Assembly: GCA_030141605.1 (NCBI GenBank)
Contig: JAQGDQ010000384.1
Span: 183,793 to 223,252 of the forward strand
From: Tubiluchus corallicola
Lineage: Eukaryota > Animalia > Priapulida
Direction: 5' to 3'
DNA length: 39,460 nucleotides
Part shown: piece after piece, positions 1 through 9,277 of the stretch
Layout: each line of letters begins with the position of its first letter
How positions within the stretch are numbered: the first letter of the stretch is position 1
Notes under the pieces: model-generated
What the model saw: only the letters and a program-made list of their open reading frames with translations
What the model was told of the DNA's origin: nothing
The model's database searches: none
Translations under genes and position numbers: made by a program

Positions 1-29
1 AAAGTTATGATTGTATACTATAGATTGAT

Positions 30-84
30 TATCAGTTAGTTATAATACATTTATATACTTTTCCTCCCACCTTCCCCCCCCCAT
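30..84 (+). promoter_or_regulatory. Left-end att arm: IHF-like site and putative integrase arm-type sites
   Basis: TATCAGTTAGTTA (30-42) fits the IHF consensus WATCARNNNNTTR; TTCCTCCCA (61-69) followed by TTCCCCCCCCCAT (72-84). Confidence 0.5.
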
Positions 85-98
85 ATCAATTTTTTTCA

Positions 99-106
99 TA
101 TCTTTG
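99..106 (+). promoter_or_regulatory. Bacteroidota sigma70-type -7 element for the integrase
   Basis: TATCTTTG matches TAnnTTTG and ends 23 bp upstream of the ATG at 130. Confidence 0.55.
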
Positions 107-129
107 ATTATTCGGAATTTTAATCAAAA

Positions 130-1866
130 ATGGAACGAGATATTTCCCCAGATAAAATCAAAATAATGAACTCCTATGGTTGGAGTTTAGAGACTGAAAA
201 TAGTTTCTTTCAGTTTGCTGATGAGATAATAGGGGAAGATTACAAGGGTAAGTTTTTCATTAAAAAAAATACCTCGAATGGAAAGTATTCTTGGAATTAC
301 AACTTCTCCTCCACGAAAATAAAACCGAGAAAAAAATACCTATGTAGTTGTGATGTTCAAATAAAGGATGGGGAGAGTTCTTTCCAACACGCTACAAAGG
401 TTTTTCTTCAAAAAATAAATCATCAGTTTTCCAATAAGAATGTAATCGAACCAAACCTATCTAAATACATCGATGAGTATTTAGCGGTTTGTATCAAGGA
501 TGGTGGAATTGAGTTCGTTGAAAAGGGAAAAGGAAAGAAGAAATATCAGGCTGTCACTTATAACGGTTTAGGTAATAATCTGAAGAACTTTTCTACAATG
601 AAAAGAAGATTAAGGGTTCTCGGTGAATTTAAATCTTTCTGTGAAGAGAAAAAGATTAAAACTATTGATGTTTCAAAGGGTGAAGATTTCAGAGAAAAAT
701 TCAAAGAATACTTCTACTCATTAAAAAACAGAAACAAAAAAACAAGAGATGGAAGTATAGTAGGTGATAAACAACTTACAAGAGCTACCATAAAACTTCA
801 CCTCCAATCGGTTAGAATGTTTTTAAACTGGTTAACCAAACCCAAAAGTGAAAACGGTAGGGGTTTAATTAAAGAACACACAATCACACCTGAGTATCAG
901 AACTTCCTCTTGGATGAAGGATTTGGAACTCATAATTCTAAACAACAAAAAATCTACGATGATTTCTCACCATCCAATTACAAACAATCTGTGAAAGATT
1001 GTCAAATATACATTAGAGAGGTTTGGAATCTATATTGTAAATACGAGGGAGATAGAGAGAGAATACGAGAAGAAAGATTATCCTACAATGAAAAATTAAA
1101 AGATGGTACTCTAAGTGGTAGGAAACATAAAAACCAACCAAAGGAACTCATCGTAATGGGTGATGTGGTGTTTTTTGTTTCATTTCTTCAGTTGATGTAT
1201 GGAACTCGAATTACAGAAATATTACAAGCGTATCGAAATAGAGAAGGTTGGGAAAAACATAGAATTAAAACACAAGTATCTTCATATTTCAGAAGAGTTG
1301 AAGGTAAAGAAGGGGAGTTAGATTATTATTATTTGGAGATTGTAAACTCTAAGAAAAAGGATAGAACCATTCCTATCGTAGATGGAATATACTCATGGTC
1401 TGAACCTCCCAAAGGAATACCATTTAAGTATCATGAAAAACACACATTAGTTCTTGAAGAAGGAGAAAATCCTTTACCATACCCAGTATGGGAAACGAAT
1501 ATTATGGATGTGATATTTGAATTATTTCACCCTAAAGACCATGTAAAAACATTCCCTTCACCAAATATGAACGAGAAACCTGATAAGGGATATTCGAACA
1601 ATTATTATTTAAATCTTTTTAAAGAAAGATTGGCTGAAGGAGAATACAATTGGAAAGAAAGAGGAATTACATCAACTCACCACCTTCGTTCTTATTTTGT
1701 GAGTTATATGTTTTTACAAGATGTAAGAATCGAAGATGTGATAGAAATTACCGGACATTCTTATCAAACAGCGATGAATTACTATCGTAGAATCAATACA
1801 GAAATGATGAAGGAAACTCTTCAACATAGAGATTTAAGAAATATTCTTAGAAAGAATAAAGTATAA
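130..1866 (+). CDS. Tyrosine recombinase/integrase (large, 578 aa)
   Basis: Catalytic motifs in order: GTRITE (R), HHLR (HxxR), TGHS (H), NYY (Y); SAM-like core-binding region with RATIKLHLQSVRMFLNWL. Confidence 0.9.
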   Translation: MERDISPDKIKIMNSYGWSLETENSFFQFADEIIGEDYKGKFFIKKNTSNGKYSWNYNFSSTKIKPRKKYLCSCDVQIKDGESSFQHATKVFLQKINHQFSNKNVIEPNLSKYIDEYLAVCIKDGGIEFVEKGKGKKKYQAVTYNGLGNNLKNFSTMKRRLRVLGEFKSFCEEKKIKTIDVSKGEDFREKFKEYFYSLKNRNKKTRDGSIVGDKQLTRATIKLHLQSVRMFLNWLTKPKSENGRGLIKEHTITPEYQNFLLDEGFGTHNSKQQKIYDDFSPSNYKQSVKDCQIYIREVWNLYCKYEGDRERIREERLSYNEKLKDGTLSGRKHKNQPKELIVMGDVVFFVSFLQLMYGTRITEILQAYRNREGWEKHRIKTQVSSYFRRVEGKEGELDYYYLEIVNSKKKDRTIPIVDGIYSWSEPPKGIPFKYHEKHTLVLEEGENPLPYPVWETNIMDVIFELFHPKDHVKTFPSPNMNEKPDKGYSNNYYLNLFKERLAEGEYNWKERGITSTHHLRSYFVSYMFLQDVRIEDVIEITGHSYQTAMNYYRRINTEMMKETLQHRDLRNILRKNKV

Positions 1867-1868
1867 AA

Positions 1869-3245
1869 AGACACTGTTTCACAAAGTGTGTAAACTAAAA
1901 AAATACAGCACTATCTCATAAACTGTGTAAATAGAAAATGCCGAGGGTTGCAACCCTCGGCATTTTTTTGTTTAATTTTAAAACTTTAGACAGTAATGAA
2001 AAAAGAAGATTTATTAAATGATGATTTCCTTGAACAGTTTAATTCAGGGGAAGAGCTCAATGGTTTTTTACAAGAGCTCCAAAAACGAGGCATTGAAAAG
2101 ATGCTTGAAGGAGAACTCGATGGTCATTTAGGCTATGATAAGAATCAAAAATCGGATAATCAGAATGCCCGCAATGGCTATTCAGAGAAGAGAGTCCGAA
2201 CCACTCTGGGAGAATCCAACATTCAGGTTCCCCGAGACCGTGATGCTTCGTTTAATCCGATGATTGTACCCAAAGGAGGGAACATGGTCGATGGCTTAGA
2301 GAATATCATTGTTTCGTTTTATGCTAAAGGAATGAGTAATAGCGATATTGAAGAGCAAATTCGGGAGCTATACGGTTTTGAAGTTTCTACATCCACCATA
2401 TCAAGGATTACCGATTCAGTCACCAACGACATTGTAGCGTGGCAGAACCGACCTCTGGAAATTGTATACCTAATTGTTTGGATGGATGGCATTGTATTTA
2501 AAGTGCGGGAGAACTCTAAGGTCGTCAACAAAACCGTTTACATTGCCGTAGGACTTCGCAGAGATGGGAAAAAAGAGGTTCTTGGCTTATGGTTGGGCAA
2601 GAGTGAGTCCGCTGCCTTTTGGATGAACGTACTTACCGATATGAAAGCCCGTGGAGTTAACGATATTCTGATTACGGCAACAGATAACTTGAATGGTTTT
2701 ACAGATACTATCCGAACTGTTTTCCCTGAATCTAAAACACAAATATGTGTTGTTCATCAAATCCGTAACGCAAGCAGATACGTGGTTTGGAAAGATAAAA
2801 AGGCATTTACAAAAGATATGAAGCAAATCTATAATGCCCCTACAAAAGAGGCTGCAAAAGCAGCTTTAGAAGATTTTGCAGCAGCTTGGGAGGATAAATA
2901 CTCTTACGCAATTAAAAGCTGGCGAGACAACTGGGAAGATCTAACAGTATTCTTTGAGTTTCCGCTGGAAATCAGAAAGATAATTTATACAACCAACCTG
3001 ATTGAGAATCTCAACGGAAAAATCAGAAAATACACAAAAAACAAACTTTCATTCCCGTCAGACCAGGCTGTAATGAAATCTGTATTTTTGGCAACCAGAG
3101 AAGCAACTAAAAAATGGTCAATGCCAATCAGAAACTGGGGCATTGTCTTGAATCAGTTCTTAGTTATATTTGAAAAAAGGGTCCAGCTATAAATAGCCAA
3201 ACCCTCGGTATTTTTTTAGTTTTAACACTTTGTGAAACAGTGTCT
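1869..3245 (+). mobile_element. IS256-family insertion sequence
   Basis: Terminal IRs AGACACTGTTTCACAAAGTGT... and ...ACACTTTGTGAAACAGTGTCT; TATAAAA(A) target duplication at 1862 and 3246; intact transposase inside. Confidence 0.93.
1996..3192 (+). CDS. IS256-family (Mutator-type) DDE transposase
   Basis: [32 protein letters not shown] and IYTTNLIE motifs. Confidence 0.97.
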   Translation: MKKEDLLNDDFLEQFNSGEELNGFLQELQKRGIEKMLEGELDGHLGYDKNQKSDNQNARNGYSEKRVRTTLGESNIQVPRDRDASFNPMIVPKGGNMVDGLENIIVSFYAKGMSNSDIEEQIRELYGFEVSTSTISRITDSVTNDIVAWQNRPLEIVYLIVWMDGIVFKVRENSKVVNKTVYIAVGLRRDGKKEVLGLWLGKSESAAFWMNVLTDMKARGVNDILITATDNLNGFTDTIRTVFPESKTQICVVHQIRNASRYVVWKDKKAFTKDMKQIYNAPTKEAAKAALEDFAAAWEDKYSYAIKSWRDNWEDLTVFFEFPLEIRKIIYTTNLIENLNGKIRKYTKNKLSFPSDQAVMKSVFLATREATKKWSMPIRNWGIVLNQFLVIFEKRVQL

Positions 3246-3254
3246 TATAAAAAG

Positions 3255-3280
3255 AAAGGTGAAACTCTCATTTCACCTTT
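3255..3280. terminator. Hairpin, probably the original integrase terminator displaced by IS256
   Basis: AAAGGTGAAA-CTCTCA-TTTCACCTTT; removing the IS places it just after the integrase stop codon. Confidence 0.5.
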
Positions 3281-3405
3281 AATTCTACCCATTCGTATAA
3301 AGATATATCTTTATATACATCATCTCTCTCCCACTCCTCAACCTTCTGTTTTTCCATTATCTCAATTGAAAGGAGTTTCCTATGTTTCTTTTCTTTTTTA
3401 TTCAT
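3268..3405 (-). CDS. Possible 45-aa small protein downstream of the resolvase
   Basis: Manual translation gives MNKKEKKHRKLLSIEIMEKQKVEEWERDDVYKDISLYEWVELKVK*; A-rich leader; same strand as the resolvase; below the ORF-track cutoff. Confidence 0.35.
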   Translation of the reverse strand: MNKKEKKHRKLLSIEIMEKQKVEEWERDDVYKDISLYEWVELKVK

Positions 3406-3434
3406 TTTATTTGATTACGGTAATCAGGTAATCA

Positions 3435-4046
3435 CTAAACTAATTGAAGATTTGGTTTTATATATTTTTTAATCTTGGTAATTGTATTCTTATTCAAATC
3501 ACATAATCTTCCAACCTCACTTCCTTTTAATCCCATTTCAAGATATTCGATTGCCTTAGAATGTTTTTGAAGGAACTTCATTGTAGTTTCCTTACCTCTC
3601 TTCTTTCTGTTTTTGTATTTACCCATCATCTGTGCCACTCGGATTCCTTCCATTTGTCTTTGAGATATAAGTGATTTCTCAAAAGATGACATGGTCGATA
3701 ATATGTTCAAGAGTAGTTCAGAGAAGTAATCTTTTTCACCATTATCATTAAGATTTTGGAAGTTGGGATTTCTACAAACAACTCGGATTCCCCTTTCAGT
3801 TAGTTCTTTCCATACCTGAAGAACAGATAAAGTATCACGACCCAATCGGTCAATTGAGTGAACCTCTAAATGAGTTAAAACACCTTCATCAATCCACTTT
3901 CTTAGTTTTCCTCCGTTCTTTCTTTCAAACAGCGGTGTAAGTCCTGATTCTTTATCTATTAGGATTTCATCAAATCCTTCAAGATTTTGAATTTGTCTTG
4001 ATTCGTTTTGTTCTATTGTTGAAACACGAGAGTAAAACACCTTCAT
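3435..4046 (-). CDS. Small serine recombinase (resolvase/invertase family)
   Basis: N-terminal YSRVST with catalytic Ser, SIDRLGR motif, FEKSLISQRQMEG helix E, C-terminal HTH. Confidence 0.95.
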   Translation of the reverse strand: MKVFYSRVSTIEQNESRQIQNLEGFDEILIDKESGLTPLFERKNGGKLRKWIDEGVLTHLEVHSIDRLGRDTLSVLQVWKELTERGIRVVCRNPNFQNLNDNGEKDYFSELLLNILSTMSSFEKSLISQRQMEGIRVAQMMGKYKNRKKRGKETTMKFLQKHSKAIEYLEMGLKGSEVGRLCDLNKNTITKIKKYIKPNLQLV

Positions 4047-4049
4047 ATT

Positions 4050-4180
4050 GTTCCTATTTTTGATGTGTTAAACATTATATGTCTAATTTAGGAAAAAACA
4101 ACCAATTATCCAACTATTTTGAGTAAAAATCCTATTTTTTAAATCCTATTCTCAACTACACATCTTTAATAGGAAAAAAT
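4050..4180. promoter_or_regulatory. Putative res site upstream of the resolvase
   Basis: Repeated TCCTATT / (AA)TAGGAAA half-sites in both orientations near 4051, 4088, 4129, 4143 and 4167. Confidence 0.4.
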
Positions 4181-4420
4181 CTACCACCATCTCTGTAAAA
4201 ACCCTTGATTTTATTGGTGTTTTCAGGGTTTTTTCGTATATTAGTATTGGTGGAGAATACCCCTATGTTTCTCGGAACTCAGGGGTTTGAATTTCTGAAA
4301 ACCTGAATCGGAGGTTTTACTATATCGAGGTAGCAGATTCCCCATATGGATTTTCTACACTAATCCATTCCTCATCAAAAAATACCGGAACAAAAATTTT
4401 CACCCATAGGAAAATGATAG

Positions 4421-4756
4421 GGTAAAGAAAAACCCTCACTACCACCTCGACACAGAATTGTAAAGGGAGAATACTCAAACTCCATATCACCCTATCTACC
4501 TAACATCAAAGGAAAGAATATGGGAGATTATTGGAATGAGGATATCGTAAGAACATCGGTAGCAAATCAAAAGTTGGATATTGAAGGAGAACACCCAGCT
4601 CCTTTCCCTGAGGAAATTATCACTCTACCCATTCTTCAAACTTCTAAAGAGTTTGAATTGATATTGGACCCTTTTATGGGGAGTGGAACAACAGGAAGAG
4701 TCTGTGATAAGTTAGGTAGGAATTTTGTGGGGTATGATTTGGAGAAGTTTATTTAA
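4421..4756 (+). pseudogene. C-terminal remnant of a beta-class N4/N6 DNA methyltransferase
   Basis: KGKNMGDYW, HPAPFPEE and ILDPFMGSGTTG (motif I) are present; the frame is open only back to 4421 and the N-terminal SPPY/DPPY motif is absent. Confidence 0.85.
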
Positions 4757-5324
4757 AGAACTTATAGTATTTATGTGTTCCTAATTCTAACATTGGAAAA
4801 TCTCCTTTTGAATTTCCAAAAACATGAATCTCATCAAATTCTTTTAGATTATATTTTTCTTTAATTCTTCTAACCTTTTCTTTTCCATTACAATTAGGAG
4901 TTGAAAACCTCCCTGTTAATTTTCCATCTATAGTTTCTAACTCTGTTGAAATTAAATCAAAACCCATTTCATCACACCATGGTTTTAGATAATTGGAGAT
5001 ACTAGCTGAAACAATTACTGTCTTAGAATCTTTATTTATTTTTTTGTTAAAATCTTTAAATGATTCTTTGATTGATTTTTTAAGTTTTAGATTAAAAAAA
5101 TCTAAACTCAAAAGGTTAAAATCATCTAACTTGAATTCATTAAAATTTAAATAAAACATTTCTTTTAAATCACTCCTCGAATAAAAAGGGAATAGAAATA
5201 AAACGGATAACCAAAATTTTAAAAATTGAAATATTCCTAATGAAAAAAAAGAGAATTTAATTAATGAATCCCCATTTGTAATTGTTCCATCAAAATCAAT
5301 TAAATAAATCAGATTTTTCTTCAT
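4749..5324 (-). CDS. HAD-IB family phosphatase (putative polyprenyl-phosphoryl-ribose-5-phosphate phosphatase)
   Basis: DFDGTIT motif I, VSAS motif II, GKEK motif III, FGNSKGD motif IV. The substrate is inferred from the operon. Confidence 0.85.
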   Translation of the reverse strand: MKKNLIYLIDFDGTITNGDSLIKFSFFSLGIFQFLKFWLSVLFLFPFYSRSDLKEMFYLNFNEFKLDDFNLLSLDFFNLKLKKSIKESFKDFNKKINKDSKTVIVSASISNYLKPWCDEMGFDLISTELETIDGKLTGRFSTPNCNGKEKVRRIKEKYNLKEFDEIHVFGNSKGDFPMLELGTHKYYKFFK

Positions 5325-6348
5325 TGTAAGTGTATGTTAAATAAAAAATGACAGGAGTTATAATAACCCAAGGTCTTATTAATCTACTAGACAGAAATAA
5401 TCCAGAGATAATAACAAATACTATAAAGAAAATCCATGGAAGATTTTGTTTAAAAAACCTACCATTTATGTAATGTTTTTTTGAAAAAAGTAAGTAGAAC
5501 GGAGATAAAATAAATAAAATTCTAAGTATGGTAACAATAGTACTACGTAAACTACCGAATTTACCATTTATGTAATGAAGATTAAATTCCCCTTCACTTA
5601 ATTTCCATCCATAATTTACTGATAAGGGGTCATCTTTGAACCAAACTCTAAAAAGTATAAAAATTACTGGTGGAATTAATGAACATAAAAAATAAAATGA
5701 AGAACGATTCTTAATAAACGTAAAAAATAGAGGTATTGACAACAACACAAAAACTTCTTTTATGAACATTGCAAATATGAGTAGAAGAGGGAGGGTTCGT
5801 GTGTTTTTCAAATTTATAAGTATTAAAATCATTATAAAGACTGAAGGAATTTCAATCATTAGATTTGGAAGAGTTTTAAGAATCCCTGGTGATGTTAATA
5901 TACATAGGGAAATAAGTAGGGGGTAATCTGAATAGTTGTTAAAATAAGAAAAAGTAAACATTAAAATTAAAAGACAAATAATGTAGTTTATAAATATTGA
6001 TGTGTAAATAATGGGTATATAATTTTTTGAACCAAACCAAAAGTTTGACATGAAACCCACTATTTCTGGATAAAGTACTCTGTATTTGTAAGGAGAAAAA
6101 CTTGAATCATCCATAGCCATTTTAATATAATTTTCTGTATCACCATAATAAGATGAACCTAAAACAAAAGACATTTCAGATTTTTCGGAAAATTCTGATT
6201 CAATATTATTATTAGAATAGTCTAGTAATTTATTATGTTGTGATAAGAATCCTGAATCCGGATCAACAACGGGATATAATAAAATATTAATTAGGATAAG
6301 TCCAATCAAAAAAAGTTTTTCGCTTAAAATATTTTTTATTCTTTTCAT
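5296..6348 (-). CDS. Polytopic membrane protein, putative GT-C fold (arabinofuranosyl)transferase
   Basis: Many hydrophobic segments; first loop GDTENYIKMA (DxxxY), SPYKYRVLYP and later FIKE resemble lipid-linked-sugar transferases; overlaps both neighbours in the operon. Confidence 0.55.
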   Translation of the reverse strand: MKRIKNILSEKLFLIGLILINILLYPVVDPDSGFLSQHNKLLDYSNNNIESEFSEKSEMSFVLGSSYYGDTENYIKMAMDDSSFSPYKYRVLYPEIVGFMSNFWFGSKNYIPIIYTSIFINYIICLLILMFTFSYFNNYSDYPLLISLCILTSPGILKTLPNLMIEIPSVFIMILILINLKNTRTLPLLLIFAMFIKEVFVLLSIPLFFTFIKNRSSFYFLCSLIPPVIFILFRVWFKDDPLSVNYGWKLSEGEFNLHYINGKFGSLRSTIVTILRILFILSPFYLLFSKKHYINGRFFKQNLPWIFFIVFVIISGLFLSSRLIRPWVIITPVIFYLTYTYNEEKSDLFN

Positions 6349-7088
6349 AATGTCAATTTTTTAAAAATAGTTTCAGGAATCACTTTAATTATCAACATAA
6401 TAAACTCCCAGAACCACTTAGAATAAATTACATTTTTCTTCTTTGTGATTGAGTTAATAATACTTTTTGAAATATCATCAGGTTTTGTAGTTAGCATCTT
6501 TGGTAAGTCTAAATGACCTGTCATTTTAGTTTCAATAAATCCTGGTTTGATTGTAATTACTTTTACACCTGACTTATTTAATCGATTTCTTAATCCACTT
6601 AAAAATGAGGAAAAAGCAGATTTAGAACTTCCATATATGTAATTAGAACCTCTCCCTCTATCTCCTGCCACTGAACTCATTCCAACTATTATTCCTTTAC
6701 CTCTTTCCTCAAAATCATTTGAAATAATATTAAGAATGCTTACAAGACCAGTAAAATTAGTCTGAATTGATATAAGAGATTCTTGAAAATCAATCTGTGA
6801 ATCCTCTTGTTTGTCAAGATATCCAATACAGGTTATAACAATATCTGGTTTTGTTTTTAGTTTCTTATAAAATGAATCATGTGATTTAAAATCTAAAACA
6901 TCGAATAACTCAATATCACAATTAATTTCATTTCTTATCTCTAAATCAGATTTGAATGAATCTAGTTGTCCCTCTTTTCTTGATGTTAAGATTAAATTTG
7001 AACCAAGTTTACCAAAATCTTTTGCAAGTGACTTTCCAACATCACTATTACCTCCTAATATTAAAACTGTCTTATTTTTAAATTCCAA
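6345..7088 (-). CDS. SDR oxidoreductase, DprE2-like (polyprenyl-phosphoryl-2-keto-pentose reductase)
   Basis: LGGNSDVG, SSVAGDRGRGSNYIYGSSK (YxxxK) and IKPGFIETKMT; directly follows a DprE1-like gene. Confidence 0.85.
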   Translation of the reverse strand: MEFKNKTVLILGGNSDVGKSLAKDFGKLGSNLILTSRKEGQLDSFKSDLEIRNEINCDIELFDVLDFKSHDSFYKKLKTKPDIVITCIGYLDKQEDSQIDFQESLISIQTNFTGLVSILNIISNDFEERGKGIIVGMSSVAGDRGRGSNYIYGSSKSAFSSFLSGLRNRLNKSGVKVITIKPGFIETKMTGHLDLPKMLTTKPDDISKSIINSITKKKNVIYSKWFWEFIMLIIKVIPETIFKKLTL

Positions 7089-8370
7089 CTCTTTTGGATT
7101 GTAATGAGGAAAAAACCTCGTTTAACCTATATTTTTTACGAATTTCTCTAAACTTGTTAATTTGTGGATATCCTTTTTCAAAAACTTCTTTTGATACTCT
7201 AACATCTTTCGAAAGGTAAATTCTCCCCTTATGTTTTAAAACAATTTCATCTAATCTATCTAACAGTTCAAATAACCCCTTTTCAATTTTAAAATCGAGA
7301 GCTAAACTATACCCTTCAAGAGGAAAAGATAAGTAATTCCTATTTTTCTTTCCGTATAGTTTTAATACTGCAAGAAACGAACCTTTACCAGAGTTTGAAA
7401 TCTCGTTAAGAATAGATTTTAAACCCTCAAAACTTTCTTGTTTAGGTAAGATAAACTGATATTGAGTGAATCCTTTTTTTCCATAGATTCTATTCCAATT
7501 TCTAATTGAATCTAAAGGGAAGAAAAATGAATCAAATTCTACTTTTTGAAATGAAATTTTCTTAAATACTCTATTGTAGTATAAAAAATTGAAAATCTTA
7601 ACCGTTAGTGTATTAAGTGAAAATGAAGGAAAATTAAATGGAATATTTAATCTTTTTTTAGGGGAGTAATTTAAATCTCCATCGTCATCAAAATCCCCAC
7701 TCATAATTAAACTTCTACCTATTTTATCTCCCTTAGATAGACAATCAATCCAAGCAACAGAGTAAGGTTCATTTTTAATAGTTTCAAAAACCTCGAATGT
7801 CTCTTTAAGATTTTTTGTTTTAATGGTTTTTTGATTGATGTATATGGAGTTAATTTTTTTAAGTTGTAATTCTATTTCCAAAATAAATCCAGTAAGTCCC
7901 ATCCCTCCACATGTTGAAAAAAACAAATCTTGATTTTCCTCTCTACTACATTTTAAAATTTTTCCTGAAGGTAATAGTAAATTGAACCAGTTGACACACT
8001 CTGAAAAACAACCTTCAATATGATGGTTTTTCCCATGAATATCAGAGGCAATTGCACCACCAACAGTAATTAATTTGGTTCCAGGATTAACTTTTAAAAA
8101 CCATCCATTGGGAATAATTACTTCTATAATTTCACTAAGTAGAACTCCAGATTGAATTTTTAATAAACCTGAATTTTTTTTAAAAGAAAGGAAATGATTC
8201 CACTTCTTAAATCCGATAATATTTTCACTTAAACATGAATCACCATAAGACCTTCCATTTCCATATGGTATAGTTTTTCCTCTAAACAAACTAGATTTAT
8301 TATCAATATCAAAGTCATTATACTTTGAATTATGTTTAGGATAATTTCCCCAACTGTTCATTTCATTCAT
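7078..8370 (-). CDS. FAD-linked oxidoreductase, DprE1-like (polyprenyl-phosphoryl-ribose 2'-oxidase)
   Basis: GNGRSYGD, PGTKLITVGGAIASDIHGKNHH, GGMGLTG, YSVAWID, SFLAVLK, GYSLALDF and GRIYLSKD. Confidence 0.9.
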   Translation of the reverse strand: MNEMNSWGNYPKHNSKYNDFDIDNKSSLFRGKTIPYGNGRSYGDSCLSENIIGFKKWNHFLSFKKNSGLLKIQSGVLLSEIIEVIIPNGWFLKVNPGTKLITVGGAIASDIHGKNHHIEGCFSECVNWFNLLLPSGKILKCSREENQDLFFSTCGGMGLTGFILEIELQLKKINSIYINQKTIKTKNLKETFEVFETIKNEPYSVAWIDCLSKGDKIGRSLIMSGDFDDDGDLNYSPKKRLNIPFNFPSFSLNTLTVKIFNFLYYNRVFKKISFQKVEFDSFFFPLDSIRNWNRIYGKKGFTQYQFILPKQESFEGLKSILNEISNSGKGSFLAVLKLYGKKNRNYLSFPLEGYSLALDFKIEKGLFELLDRLDEIVLKHKGRIYLSKDVRVSKEVFEKGYPQINKFREIRKKYRLNEVFSSLQSKRVGI

Positions 8371-8373
8371 AAT

Positions 8374-9246
8374 CTATAATTTATATGAATAGATTATAAG
8401 GAAGAAAGTTAATCCCCATAGTAATAAGGTTATTTGAAGAAATTTGTCTTTAAAGAAGATTTTTATTGGAGAACCACTTTTGTTTTTAACATATGTAATT
8501 TGATTGTATCTAAATACACCTACTAGAACAAACAAAAAAGAAACAATTAAATATTTAGAAGGATACCGTGAAATTACACTTTCAGATGTAATAAATAACA
8601 AATAAGAAACTAGTAGAACAGAGGATATTATAGTTATTAACTTATCCATGTAATTTACAGTATATTCTGAAACCACTTTACGGTTTATTTTCTTTTTCAA
8701 TTCATATTGGTATACATCATCTCTTCTTTTGGTCACGGCAATAAAAAGAGAAAGGAGGAAAACCATTACAATCATCCATTGTGTTAATTCTACATTTCCA
8801 ATTTCACCTCCGATTAAAATTCTTATGACAAAACCAGTAGCGACAATTATAAAATCTACAATGGGTATTTGTTTTAGTTTTATAGAGTAGAGAAAATTTA
8901 ATATTATGTATAATATAGTAAGTAAAAAACTATCAAATGAAACATTCCAAATACTTATTAACCCCACTGACAAAAGACAAATCCCTAATATCATTGATTG
9001 TTTTACGGAAATTTTTCCTGAAGGAATTGGTCTGTTTCTTTTTTCTGGATGAATTTTGTCAAATTCTATATCAAAAATATCATTGATGATGTATATAAAA
9101 CTTGTAACCAATGAAAAACCAAGAGTAACATAAAATGTATTTGTGATTTTTATAGGGTTAAAAAATTCCCCAGAGAAAAAAAGGGGTAAAAAAATAAAAA
9201 GATTTTTAACCCAGTTATTAAGTCTAAAAAGTTTTACATAAATCAC
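8374..9246 (-). CDS. UbiA-family polyprenyl-phosphate phosphoribosyltransferase (DPPR synthase/NoeC-like)
   Basis: WVKNLFIFLP, YIINDIFDIEFDKIHPEKRNRPIPSG, YSIKLK, GFVIR and KRR motifs of the Rv3806c/NoeC subfamily; GTG start. Confidence 0.88.
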   Translation of the reverse strand: MIYVKLFRLNNWVKNLFIFLPLFFSGEFFNPIKITNTFYVTLGFSLVTSFIYIINDIFDIEFDKIHPEKRNRPIPSGKISVKQSMILGICLLSVGLISIWNVSFDSFLLTILYIILNFLYSIKLKQIPIVDFIIVATGFVIRILIGGEIGNVELTQWMIVMVFLLSLFIAVTKRRDDVYQYELKKKINRKVVSEYTVNYMDKLITIISSVLLVSYLLFITSESVISRYPSKYLIVSFLFVLVGVFRYNQITYVKNKSGSPIKIFFKDKFLQITLLLWGLTFFLIIYSYKL

Positions 9247-9277
9247 ATTTCAAAGGTAAGAAAAGAAATGACATAAC

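Noticed and set aside
4520-4756. Functional restriction-modification system
   Set aside because: Only a methyltransferase C-terminal fragment is present and there is no nuclease.
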